A DNA stretch of 59,407 bases, filler included, from Fonticula-like sp. SCN 57-25 (Eukaryota), in NCBI GenBank assembly GCA_001724245.1. It is 5 parts of 5 records of this genome, joined end to end, with 100 filler letters (N's around TTAATTAATTAA, not from the genome) between each part and the next. Parts side by side here need not be neighbours in the genome. Positions count along the whole stretch, not along the records: positions 11,041 to 21,976 come from MEDX01000211.1; positions 22,077 to 32,999 come from MEDX01000212.1; 3 more parts are not named here. One strand, 5' to 3'. The notes under the pieces are model-generated. The model was not told where the DNA came from, did not search any database, and saw nothing but the letters and a program-made list of their open reading frames with translations. Below are positions 20,614 to 31,877 of this stretch, piece after piece (the first letter of the stretch is position 1; the number at the start of each line of letters is the position of its first letter). The position numbers and the translations under genes were made by a program.

Positions 20614-21090
20614 ATGTCACGACATGCCCCCCTCCGCCCGCGCGACTGTAACGCGCTAGGCGGCGCTGTAGAATACCGTCACACTGTCGCCGAGGGCAAC
20701 ACTCGCCCTCGCCCCGTCGGGGCCGCTAGCGGTCGATTAGGGCCGTCCCGCTACGCGCTGGCGCCGGCCGCCGCTCCCACATTCGCCGGCTGGCTCGCCG
20801 GGCTCCCCTGGTACGCCTGGGCGGCGATGGTCGGCGCGCTCTGCGTCGGCGCGCTGGCCGGTGGGCTGTACGCCTGGCACGACGCTGAGCGGTCCCTCTA
20901 CCTCGGCCAGTCGCCGGCGCGCGCCTCGATCCGCGCGAGGATTGCGCGGCTCCGCTCGCACTTCGCCCGGATGCGGGCCGATGATCCCCGGCGCGCTCCC
21001 GACGTCTGGGGCGAGCTCCGGGGGCTGGAATCCGACCTCCTCGACCTCGCGCCCCCCTCCGCCCGGGTGGCGGACGAGAGGGCGCTGTGA
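20614..21090 (+). CDS. Hypothetical membrane protein
   Basis: TM WYAWAAMVGALCVGALAGGLYAW; overlaps the next start. Confidence 0.5.
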   Translation: MSRHAPLRPRDCNALGGAVEYRHTVAEGNTRPRPVGAASGRLGPSRYALAPAAAPTFAGWLAGLPWYAWAAMVGALCVGALAGGLYAWHDAERSLYLGQSPARASIRARIARLRSHFARMRADDPRRAPDVWGELRGLESDLLDLAPPSARVADERAL

Positions 21091-21647
21091 TGGGCGTCCC
21101 CTCCCCTACGGGCGCCCTGGCCGTCGTCTCCGGCGATGCGCGTCCCCTCCGCTATCAGACGGCCGGCACGCTGCGCCAGGCGCTCCGCTGGACGCGCGAG
21201 GACCTGCAATCCGGGACGGCGCGCGTCGCAATCAAGGGCGACGACCTGACGCCACTCCTGGCCGCGCTCGCCGACGTCGGCCGGCGCTTCGCCGACGCGG
21301 CGACGGTCGAGCTCTCCCGCTACGAGGTGGGTTTCTCGCGGGAGCATATCGGCTTGGTGGCCGAGCTCGAGGCGCGCGCCCCCCCGCATTGCGCCGGTGG
21401 CCGCCTGGCGCGGGGGGGCCGAGTGACGCGCGCCCAACTAGCCCACGTGATGCGGTCGCGCGCCGAGGCGATCGCCGGCGAACCGTGCACCCTCGGGTGC
21501 GTGACGCCGGATCTCTGGACGTTTCGTTCTGCGAGCGGGTGCACGGTGCACGTGTGGCGCGAGGGCGACGCGGTCCTCCTCCCGCCCTGGCTCCGCCGCC
21601 CCGCGCCTCACGCGCCCCGCGCCCGCACGACGCCGGGGGCATCATGA
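21087..21647 (+). CDS. Hypothetical phage protein
   Basis: Coupled overlaps (GTGATG, ATGA); 186 aa. Confidence 0.5.
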   Translation: MMGVPSPTGALAVVSGDARPLRYQTAGTLRQALRWTREDLQSGTARVAIKGDDLTPLLAALADVGRRFADAATVELSRYEVGFSREHIGLVAELEARAPPHCAGGRLARGGRVTRAQLAHVMRSRAEAIAGEPCTLGCVTPDLWTFRSASGCTVHVWREGDAVLLPPWLRRPAPHAPRARTTPGAS

Positions 21648-21922
21648 CCCGGCGGGACACTGATACGGCCCCCGTTGCTCCTAATCCGGGCGCGGGGGCA
21701 TCGGCGCGGTGGGATGCGGCCTCGGCCCTCGCGCGGGAATATCGCTCGCTAGAGGGCGCGCTAGGGGCGGCGCTGCGCGTCTCGCGCGTCTCCGGGCTGC
21801 TGATTGCCGTGGCGCGCGTCGTCCCAGAGCGCCCGGCGTGGGTGCTCCGGGAGCTCGACCCGATCACCGGGGAGCTCCCGCCCGGGTGCGTGGCCGAGGT
21901 CCGGTATCGCGACGAGTCGTGA
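21644..21922 (+). CDS. 92-aa hypothetical phage protein
   Basis: ATG 21644 in an ATGA overlap; C-terminal part of ORF 20861-21922. Confidence 0.5.
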   Translation: MTRRDTDTAPVAPNPGAGASARWDAASALAREYRSLEGALGAALRVSRVSGLLIAVARVVPERPAWVLRELDPITGELPPGCVAEVRYRDES

Positions 21923-21976
21923 TCACCGCCCCCTCTCGGAAAGCTAAGAGTTATCCGACCCCCCCCCCGCAATGCG

Positions 21977-22076
21977 NNNNNNNNNNNNNNNNNNNNNNNN
22001 NNNNNNNNNNNNNNNNNNNNTTAATTAATTAANNNNNNNNNNNNNNNNNNNNNNNNNNNNNNNNNNNNNNNNNNNN
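21977..22076. other. Artificial contig spacer
   Basis: N44-TTAATTAATTAA-N44. Confidence 0.97.
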
Positions 22077-23350
22077 TTTCGCGCCGCCGTCGTCGATGAA
22101 CCCGCTGAGCGACCCGAGCTCGTCGTCGTCCAGCTCGCTTCCCTCATCCTCGTCGTCGTCGCCGCCGCCGTTTTCGTCGCCGTCGCCGCCGTCCGTCGCC
22201 GCGCTCTCAAAAAGCGATTTTGCGAGCGCCGCCGCCGACGAGCCCGTCGCGTCGATAGCGCTCGCGCGCTTCTCGGCCGGGTGCGGCATGCTGGCCGGCA
22301 CGATGTCGCGCAGGATGCTGCACACGGCGTTCTCGCTGACGAGCGCGATGGCGTTGCGGATGGGGTCCCACGCGAGGTCGGTGACGGCGCCGTCCGTGTT
22401 GATGGTGACGACGGCGCTGCGGTCGTCGACGCGCCACACGACGAGGATGCCGTCGGCGTCGGCGCTCGCGAGGTAGCGGCCGTTGGGCGAGAAGGAGACG
22501 AGCGAGACGGGCGCGCTGTGCTGGCCGCCGCCGAGCGTGTAGGAAATTTGCCACGTGTCGCGCTCGTAGACGGGGACGTCGGGGGAGCCGGAGACGGCAA
22601 AGTGGCGGCCAGAGGGGTGCCAGTCGACGCGGCAGAGCAGCGAGGAGGAGGGCGGCGGGAAGGCGTTGGCGATCGTCTTCTCGCAGGCCTGGCGATCGGT
22701 TTCGTAGGTCCAGACGCGGACGCTGCCGTCGGAGGAGGAGGAGAGGAGAAAGGTGCCGCGGGGGTCAAAGGAGAGACTGCGGATGTCGCGCGTGTGGCCG
22801 GGGAAGACGCACAGCTGGCGGGCGTCGAGCGTGTTCACAAGCTTGATCGACACATCGCTGGAGAAAAGCGTTAAAAAATGAATAGAAAGTAAAAAAAACG
22901 CACTCGCCGCCGTAGGCAACCATCGTGCCGGAGCGCTCATAGGCGACGCAGCGGATGGGCAGCGTGCCATGCGCGAGGAAAGAGTCAAACTCGCCGCTGG
23001 GGTAGCTGATGGCCGCGACGTAGCTGTCCGACGATCCGACGGCAAGCTGGTTGCCCTGAAAAAGCAAAAAAAGCCATGTTTTAGCAAAGAATATGCAATA
23101 AAAAGGGCGTACGTGGCACGCGAGGGAAAGAACTTGCGCCTGCGCGACGTACGAAAGCGTGCGCGGCTCTTCCTTGAGATTCGCCGCATTGAAAAAGCGG
23201 ATCTCGCCTTCGCTTCCGGCCGTGATCAAATGCCTACATATCGTTAGAGATATAAATAAATACTAATTGCACGTACTGCCCGTCGGGCGAGTAGCACAGC
23301 GTAGTGTGGCCCTCATTGTGCACCGAGCGGCTCTCCTTCGAGACGCCCAT
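22077..23350 (-). CDS. WDHD1: WD40 replisome factor CTF4/AND-1, 5' part, spliced, truncated
   Basis: N-terminus MGVSKESRSVHNEGHTTLCYSPDG..ITAGSEGEIRFF, then TLPIRCVAY...DVSIKLVN, WD repeats and an acidic linker ending GFIDDG. Confidence 0.8.
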
Positions 23351-25228
23351 CCTCGATTGCAATGTCAAAGCGCGCGCTTTTTTGATTTCCCGCCAATACA
23401 AATTCGAGGCGCGAAATGGAATCGACCAATCACATCGGGATTATTCCGCTGCGGGCCAATAGAAAGTGGCGGACATTGAGAAGGCGTGCCGCGTCTTTAT
23501 GAGCGCCGACGCTTAAGCAAAGCGCAGCGCTATTTACAGTACTAATAGGGCAACGCTACTGCTTTATGAAATGTATTGAATAGCAAAGTTGATTTTGAAC
23601 TTGATCCACGAGCGCATCTTCAGATGCCATCGGCGCCAGCGCCCGAAAAGTATTTCGTCAAAGTACCTAATGTATGGTCAAGTAACAAATACTATGCTAC
23701 AATGAAGTAGCCTGGGGCCGAAAAGTGTATTATATGTTCAAATTGCACCAGTGTCTATGCTGCAAAGACCTAGAGAATAGTTTTCTGACACGTGATTGTT
23801 TCATTTATTGGTCTATTTTCATGCTTTGGGCGCGTAGCGGCACTGTACGCGTCAAAATAAACACATATTCGTAGTCAAAGTGCCTAAATATGCGCGCACT
23901 ATCCTTGAAAGTTTTGCATCGCCGCGTTTTTCGGAACAATTATAGCCAATGAAGCACTTTGCCAAGTCCTACCCATATTGGAATGAGTAAGGGAAATGGA
24001 TAGAAGCTATATCAAAAATGGACAAGTCGGGCAAGTCAAAGGGGAATGAAAAGAAAAGCGCCCTAATAGGGAGAAAAGACAATAACAATGTTCCTTGAGG
24101 GTTAGAGCGCCGAAAAAACCGAAAAATGTGAAGGTTTTTCAAGTATAAAAAATGGCGGGAACGGAAAATGAGCGGGAAAGGGACAAGTTCAGGGAATAAG
24201 CGTCTTTCTCACTTTATTAACTATGAAACCAAGCAAATACCTGTATTATTTGATACGTATTGTGGTAATTTCTCGCCACATTCTTATTTTTGTTCTCGCC
24301 TGCAGCGTTATTTTAGTTTCTTTTTGTCCTTATTCAACCTCCTTTTGCAAAATAACCATTCAGTTTATTGAAAATGCTGTCGCGCATCTTTCACCACGGC
24401 AAGAGGACCGCATTTCCATTCACTTTAGTACTCTTTTACATAATGACCGCTCGTCCAGTGCGCCATTGTGGATTCGACTCGAATTCAAGCCACGTCAAAC
24501 CTTGTTTTGCTACTTTCACCGCACTTTCATGGCATTTTCATTATGTTTTCTTTTGACTTTTTTATGAGAAGAAATCTCCGGAACCGGTTCGACGCATAAT
24601 GCATGAAAGTACGCATGACGCGGGCGATAATACGGGCCGTTGGGCAAATCCGCGATTGGATTTCGCCAAAATCAAGGTCATTCCAAATCGGGACCACTGA
24701 AATTGTGGGTCACCATGATCATAGGCAATGTGCACGATGACGCGATTCTGCACTATGAGACGACCTGAAACGCCCCCTTTTGCTTAACAATTGCGCCATA
24801 TATAGGACGGTCAGCGCGTTTCCTAGCTGCGCTTCCGTTTTGGTTCCGAAGCGAGGAGTCGCCGCGAGTCAGTGTGACGTTCCGTGCGTACATGCTTGTG
24901 GCAGCCCTGTATCGATTGGATTCGTCTCTTACAGGGGATTCTGTGAGACGATTTGTGTCGCTATCAATTCCACAGGACGTGTCTGAGGGTCGGCGGGCGC
25001 TAAGGGGCTCGCTGCTTGTGCGCAGATCTACCCCCTTTCCTCGCGTAGTTTGGGCGGCTTGTTATCCCCCGGGCCTCTCTCAGCCCCCCTTTTTTAGTCA
25101 TATTTACTGCCTATAGCGACGAGCGGCCTCTTTCTCTTTAAGCCCCGCTTGCTTCGCAGCCGCTTGACCGGCTTTGTTGTTATTTGTTTGGCCGGCCTTG
25201 AAGGTGGCGGAATCGACTATTTATACTG

Positions 25229-26395
25229 ATGGCGCACCAACTAGCGGTGGAAGGACTTCGGCTTGAAGCGCGCGGCGTGCAGCGCGCGGCCTCGCTGAGC
25301 AACCGCCGGGGCGTGCCGTTCCCGACGCTCAAGGTGATGACGGCGCGGCCGAGCGGCGAAGGGTCGCATGCGGCCGCGGCTGCCGCGACGCCGACGGTCG
25401 GAGTGGCGTCGGAAGGCGGGCCTGGCCGCGCGGCAAACACGCGCCAGGAGGACAATGGGCAGATCCTGCCGGGTAGCCCGACGCTCCCGGCCGAGATCCA
25501 GCCGTTCCTCTACCTCGGCGGCGAGCAGCATGCCAACGATCTGCAGATGCTCGACGACAGCGGGATAACCGCCATCCTCAACGTCGCCGCAGAGTGCGAG
25601 CGGAAGCGCTTCGAGGACAGGTTTTTATATCTCCAACTGCCCATTTCTGACAGCTTTGACGAGGACATTATGCGTTACTTTACCCAGGCATTTGAATTCA
25701 TCGGTGCGCAGGATGGCTTTAGACTCTTTTTGCTGACTTTTTTTCCTGCTTTTTCAGACCAGGCGCGGGACTCTAAAGGGCGCGTTTTGGTGCACTGCTC
25801 CGCCGGCAAGTCGCGCTCCCCCACGATCGTGATGGCGTACCTGATCTCGCGGAGCCGGTGGCCGCTCTGCGACGCCTACAAGTTTGTCTCTGACAAGCGC
25901 AAGATCTGCCCGAACCTCGGCTTTGTCTGGTTCCTCGCCGAGTTTCAAAAGAGCACAATTGGCGGCAACCCCGAGGAAACGCTCCAGGAACTCTGCCGCG
26001 CGTCGGTGCCCCTCGAGTTCAACGTGCTGCTTTTCTTTGCCGACGACAAGCTCAAGCCCGCCGAGCAGGTCGGCGCGCAGGTCGTCCGCCTCGGCCACAA
26101 GTTTGACGTTGTCAACTCGCTAGACCGCGCGCTCGAGCGCATCACGCACGGGCGCTACGACGTCGTGCTCATCGACTGGGACGTGGGCGCGGCCGAGGCG
26201 GCGCGGCGGATACGGGAGCTCGAGGAAAAGGGCAACGTGCGCGCCAACGCGTCGCTCATCGCCGTCGTGCCGGCGGGGGCGGAGGCGCCGTCGCAGCCGC
26301 CGTTCGCGGGGCACCTCGAGCTGCCCGTCGACGACGCGGCGCTCGAGGCGGCGCTCGGGAGGCCCGTCTTTACAAAGCGGAGGAACTCGTTCTGA
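25229..26395 (+). CDS. Dual-specificity (MAPK-type) phosphatase with C-terminal receiver-like domain; one in-frame intron near 25704-25758
   Basis: EIQPFLYLG, VLVHCSAGKSRS, AYL, ICPNLGF; tail RYDVVLIDW...EAARRIRE. Confidence 0.85.
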   Translation: MAHQLAVEGLRLEARGVQRAASLSNRRGVPFPTLKVMTARPSGEGSHAAAAAATPTVGVASEGGPGRAANTRQEDNGQILPGSPTLPAEIQPFLYLGGEQHANDLQMLDDSGITAILNVAAECERKRFEDRFLYLQLPISDSFDEDIMRYFTQAFEFIGAQDGFRLFLLTFFPAFSDQARDSKGRVLVHCSAGKSRSPTIVMAYLISRSRWPLCDAYKFVSDKRKICPNLGFVWFLAEFQKSTIGGNPEETLQELCRASVPLEFNVLLFFADDKLKPAEQVGAQVVRLGHKFDVVNSLDRALERITHGRYDVVLIDWDVGAAEAARRIRELEEKGNVRANASLIAVVPAGAEAPSQPPFAGHLELPVDDAALEAALGRPVFTKRRNSF

Positions 26396-26713
26396 GGCAC
26401 CGCGGGGGCGGTTTTTGTACATCGGTTTTTTTCTTGACTTTTTACTTTTGCTTTGGCGCGGCGGTGCTCGTGGTGGGCGCGCGTGCTCGTGGTCTTGTTC
26501 CGTATCTGTGTTGCTTTTGTACCGTAGAGTATCATATTAATGCAGCATGCTTGAGCCTGCGTGGAAACGCGGCTTTTTCGAAAAATACTTGATGAAAAAT
26601 TGGTTTATTGTCGCCACGTACAGTTCATTTATGTACAGCCGCATGATCACGGCCCAATATTGTATGTATTCGCGCCACTTTTGCCTCCAAAATCTGCCTG
26701 TTTCTAGAACAGT

Positions 26714-27929
26714 TCATGTGCGCCTGAGCACCGGCAGCTCCATGTGGTCGCGCGCCGTGATGACCTCCCCCTCAAAGTGTCTCCTTGCGAGGTTGGCAAT
26801 CGCCTCCATAACAGCCTCGTGCTTTGGATTGTCCGGGTCGTCGACGTACCGCTGCGAAAAGTGGTTTAAAGCAAGCGCCTTTGCGCGCACCGCCGCGGCA
26901 AAGCGCCCCGCCATCTGCGGCGTCGAATGCCCTCTCGAGATGGCCATTGCCTCGACCTGCTCGTCGGTCGTTTCTGCCGGCTTGTCGTCGGCCGGCGCCA
27001 CATTCGCGTTTGTGCTTTCGTGGACGAGCACGTCGCAGTCGGCGGCGGCGTCGCGCAGCGACCACGGGTCGGACGTGTCGCCGAGGATGACGAGCTTGCG
27101 GCCGGGACGCGCGGGGCCAATGCAGTCCTCGGGCCGGATGCGCGTGCCGTCGGGGAGCACGAGCTCCTTGCCTGCTTTGAGCTGGCCGAGAAGACTCAGC
27201 GGCTGGCGAACGCCCTGCGCCTCGAGCGCGGCTTTTTGCGCCTGCAAAAGTGGCACGACGCGCGAGGGGTCGAGGGAGCCGGGCATGTCGGGCTCGACAA
27301 GGACAAAGCCGATGCACGGCACGCGGTGCTCGAGCGGGCCAGCGCGCACGGAAAAGGTGTTGGGGGAGCCGTCGGTGCTGTCGGGGACAGTCCAGAGCCC
27401 GTCGGCGTCGGGGAGAACGTCGCGGCCGGGCATCTCGGTCGACCATAAGGGTGTTGCTGTCGATGCATGCTGCGCGCAGGATGCGGCATCGCGGTGAAGC
27501 TCGTGAACAACATAGTGGTAGGAGAGGTGCGCCTCGCTAAAGCGCAGCGTCGCGCGGATAAACTCGCGCGTGCCGGGCGGGCCGACGACCATCAGCGGCG
27601 AGGGAATCGTCTCGCCGTCAAAGGCGCCGGCGCGCGTGCATAAAAGTCCGGGGAGGCCGTACGCGTGATCGCCGTGAGAGTGTGTCAGAAAGATGCGCGA
27701 AACGCGCGCGAGGCGGAGGCCGTCGTGCAGCATGATCTGCCGCTGTGCGCGTCACAAGCATACGTCAGCAGGGCGGGTGACGACACCACGCGGAGGATCG
27801 TACCTGCGTCCCCTCCCCGCAATCAAAGATCCAAACGTCGCCGTCGCAGCGCACCGCGAGCGAAGACACATTGCGCGTCCGCGAGGGCTGCGCGCTCGAC
27901 GTACCAAGAAAGATGATGTCGCACGCCAT
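26714..27929 (-). CDS. Short-form tRNase Z (ELAC1/RNase BN-like), one intron
   Basis: [29 protein letters not shown], exosite, GDT, HEST, GHST, NHFSQRY. Confidence 0.9.
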
Positions 27930-27987
27930 GGCGCAGCGCAGCGTCGGCTGGCGATGGGCGTGGAGACGGGTCGTTGCGCAATATGAG

Positions 27988-28889
27988 ATGTCAGCGTTTA
28001 TGTCATCGTCAACAAGGGAGGATGCGTCGACCGCGCCGGCGGCGTACGGGCTGCTGGCGGTCGACTTTGACGGCACCGTCACCCTCGACGACACGACAGC
28101 GGCGCTTGGACGAGCTACGGGCAGGCTTTTAGGGTATCAGGCTGCCGCCGATCGCTTCATGGCGCTGTCGGATGCCGCTAAGGTGAGCCAGCGCGCCATC
28201 ATCGAGGCGTTTGCGCGATCCAACGAGGAGCCGCCAAAGAGGGACGCACTGCTGGACGTTGCGCGGCGGTACGTTGACGAGCTGCGCGCCGCCGAGCTCG
28301 GCGGAAGGGAGTGGCTGCGCCTGCACGACTGCACGAGCGGCATGAGCGAGCACCACATCGTCGCAATCGCGCGGGAAACACGGTTCCACGACGACTGGGT
28401 GCTCCCGACGCTCAAGCGCGCAGCCGACGCGGGCATCGCCGTGCACGTCATTTCGCTCAACTTTTCGCACGACCTTCTTGCCTCGATGCTGCGCGACGTT
28501 GTCCCGCCATCCAACAGTGCGGACATAGTCGATCAGTTTCATTCTAAATTTCAATAGTTCACTGTAGCACGCTGGACGGCCTTTTGCACGGCGGCTCTGG
28601 CGCCATGACGACCGGCGCCGACAAGGCCGACGTGTTTGAGCGGCTGCGCGCCGAGTCAGCGGGCCGTTCCATCTACGTTGGCGACTCGACGCACGATCTG
28701 CCGTGCCTCCTGAGCGCCGACACTGGCATCCTGCTCGGCGAGCACTCTAGCGTGCACGACGTGTGCATCGCGCTGGGCGTGCCCGTGGTGCCCGCCGGCC
28801 TGCTCGGCTCATTCACTGCGGGCGAGACGCCATTCCTCATCGCGGCGCGCTCGTGGCACGAAATCCACGACCACCTTTTTCATACATAG
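27988..28889 (+). CDS. HAD-superfamily phosphatase (Cto1/TH2-HAD-like), one intron
   Basis: DFDGTVT motif [23 protein letters not shown]. Confidence 0.8.
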
Positions 28890-29050
28890 CAGTTCGGCGA
28901 CGCATGGTAATGCGGTCAATAGACACGGCGTTCAATGAAAGGCGCCTCTTTTTTTTCTCTTTCTGTTGCTTGTAAATTTGTTTTGTTTCCTATTTGGTGT
29001 ACATTCGTAACATGCAGTAATAAAAATATGTGGTCTAGTCGAGGTCGAGG

Positions 29051-30077
29051 TCAATGGGCTCGGTCTGCGACTGCCCCGCCGAGGCGCCCGCCGAGTCGTC
29101 GACGCGCTTCCTGCATACTGGGCAAGTGCCGTGCTGCGGTCATGACATAATAAGTACAAAAAAAGTGGAAAGCAAGGCGTACCTCTTTGAGCCACTTTAC
29201 GACGCAGTCCTCGTGAAAGATGTGCTTGCACGGCAGGTCGACGAGCGTGCCCGCCTGCAGCGTGAGATCTTCCTTGCACACGGCGCAGTCAAGCTTGGCG
29301 TCAACGTCGGCCTGCGTCGGCTCGCGGCGCGGAAGCTTGTCGAGGCTCGCCGCCGATGCCGGCGGGGGCGCGTTCTGCATCGCCTGATCAAGCGACCGTG
29401 ATACAATATTGTCAAACTCGCGCTGCGAAAACACATAGTCGCCCATATTGCCGAAAGGAACAAGCTGCGCGGCGCCAAGAAGTTCATGAAGGAAATTGAG
29501 GCCGCCAGCGCCGCCAGCGCCGCCGCCGTTGCGACGGCCGCCGCGCCGCCCGCCCGGCTGCGCGGCCTGCGCCTCCATCATCGTCCGCATGATGATGTCT
29601 AGGAAATCACTGCGGCATGGCGTCAGATGCCGTACATGTGCGAGAAAGCGACAAAATATGCATAAAAGAGCTCTAATCGCACGAAAACACACACAAAAGA
29701 GCCAAAGATCTGATGACGTACTTGCCGCCGCCAGGGAACGGGAACGGTCCGCCGCCGAGGGGATTTGCACCGCGGCGAGGCTGATCGTCGTCCTCCTCGT
29801 CCTCTTCATCCTCCTCGTCCTCGTACTCGCCGTCGTCCTCGCCCATGAATTCCACATCGTCCTCGTCGTGTATCCTGTCCTCCTCGGGCAACTCCTCCAC
29901 AAATTCGTTGCCGCACTCGTTGCACTTGAGCGTCGGCTCGAGCGTCACCTCGACCTCACCATCGCACGTGTGGCAGTAGTAGCGCGTCGGCTCGGCTTCA
30001 GCGGCTGGGTTGTGTGAGCGTCAAGGAAATTCGCGAAGCGAGAGCGTACGATCGCTGTGGTCGCCCGCGTCAGACAT
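29051..30077 (-). CDS. RNF115/RNF126-like RING-H2 E3 ligase, spliced
   Basis: N-terminal zinc ribbon YYCHTC...CNECGNEFVEE; GDYVFSQ; CAVCKE...LPCKHIFHEDCVVKWL. Confidence 0.85.
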
Positions 30078-30435
30078 GGCCCACGCACTTGCACCAACAC
30101 AAGCGAATCGGTGGCGCGAAATGTGAACCATCAGCTTGATCGGGATCGAACGACATTTCGATCGCGATCAATCATTGTTTGTGGGTTGTTGGCAGACTTT
30201 TTGAGACGAGCGGCAGACATTCACATGTTGTTCAACTATAAATGAAGGCTGCAAAATGAAAACATACCACATAAAGAGGCATACTACATATATCAGATAC
30301 TGTACTCTCATAATATTATCTTTGTTGTCAAAATGTATTTCATTGACCATTCGAGTTCAAAATGATTCAGTACCGGCAAATAATGCAAAAATGCTTCTAT
30401 TGACTATAACAAAAACAACGCCAAAAAGGTCTTTT

Positions 30436-31531
30436 TCACATGAGCGCCAACCTCGCCCTCCTCCTCCTGCGGTCTCTAAACAGCGCCACGAGCGACGTCA
30501 CAAACAAAAACGTGACGATGAACGGCGACGCCCACTCGAGCGCCCGCCTCGCGCGCTCCACAACACCCGCCACGCGGCCCACCTTTGCACGTGGCCTTTC
30601 TATAATCGCATGCGATTTCTGCGACTCTGCACTTGCCGCCACGGCAGGCCCAACTTCCGCCGGCGCGCTGTCGACGTCGGGAGCGTGGATGTCCACCGTG
30701 CCGACCGTCTCTGGCGGCACCGCCGGGGCGCGCTTGAGCGTCTTATTGACGAGCGCAATGGTCGTCGGCAGCACCTGCTTGGCTACAAAGCGGATGAACA
30801 TGTCGGGCACCCACGCGCCGGGATCGGCCTCGCCGCATGCCACGACGCGGCAGCTCGCGCCGTCAAAGCCCTTGACGGGCGCGCTCGACGCGAGCAGCGG
30901 GCTGTCAAAGGCGTAGATGCGGTACCCGCCAAACGTCGGGTGAAGCCGCTTGGGGTGGTGCTTTGAGTGGAGATCGGGCGCGGCATCGTGATCGCACCAC
31001 GAGCCGTAGTGCTCCCACACGCCCTGGGCGGGATCCTCGCGCGTCCGGGCGATGGCGACGCAGCTGCGCGCCTTGATCGGGCCATAGTGATGCGACGACC
31101 CGTAGATCACCTTGGTCGACTCGTCAATCTGCTCGAGGCACCGGGCAGTTTCAACAACTGGTTGCGTGGCATGAGTGGGTGATGGCAAAGGAGAATTAAG
31201 CGCACCAAGAGGCATGGCCGTCCAGTAGCGCTCATTCGAAAAGTACTTGAACGTGATCGCGGGATCGCGCATAAAGACAATGTCGACCGCGTAGCGGTGC
31301 CGGTACTTCTTGTCTGCGCATCATAAGGGCGTTTAGCTCACGGCTGCAAAGGTTGCACGGAAAGGACGTACGGCGAGCAAGCGTTATGGTGTCGTCCGAG
31401 AACATGATTTCCCACTCCTTTTCATCGCGGGACAAAACACCAGCAATAGAGCTTGTCAGGCAGTCATACGACGCAGCGAGCCGCCCTTCGTAGTCCCGCG
31501 GAGGCAAGTCATCGATCCGCACCCCCGCCAT
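30436..31531 (-). CDS. START/SRPBCC lipid-transfer domain protein with C-terminal TM
   Basis: EWEIMFSDDTITL, IKARSC, ADPGAWVPDMFI and a hydrophobic tail. Confidence 0.6.
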
Positions 31532-31877
31532 GACGCCGATGTTGCGCGCGCCTCCACAACAATACTGGTCACGTGAGTGTACCGTGACGCTGACTGTGCA
31601 TTGTGATCGTTCAGCAGCCAATCACGTTGCAGTATCCCGCCGATCCTTTGATTCTGTGCACGAGGACGAAAAGAAGACTAAAAGTTGCCTCGTTGAAGCA
31701 GTGTCTATTTGGCCGGCACAAAGCACAATATTATGTTGCTAGTTCGCATAACTTTAGTTTGTCACTCTTTACTGTATTACGATATTCTATAAATATGTCG
31801 ACTTGCGGTACACATATTAAAGGTTTGCGCATCAAAGATCATCCAATAACGTTGGAATTCAAAAAACCACTGCGCGT

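Larger units (their letters stand above)
11041..21976 (+). mobile_element. Probably complete circular genome (~10,925 bp) of a tailless double-jelly-roll bacteriophage with rolling-circle replication
   Basis: The 11-mer CCCGCAATGCG occurs at both contig ends. All genes are on +, have no introns and are coupled by TAATG/ATGA overlaps. Content: Rep, packaging ATPase, capsid-like protein, membrane proteins and lysis genes. Confidence 0.85.

Noticed and set aside
11041-21976. Endogenous Polinton, virophage or CRESS virus of the eukaryote
   Set aside because: Bounded by artificial spacers; bacterial RBSs, coupled operons, a peptidoglycan hydrolase and a plasmid-type Rep without SF3 helicase; no pPolB, integrase or protease
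23390-24780. Possible ncRNA or genes in the AT-rich intergenic stretch
   Set aside because: Only CCAAT-like boxes and short non-protein-like ORFs; no tRNA or rRNA signature recognised
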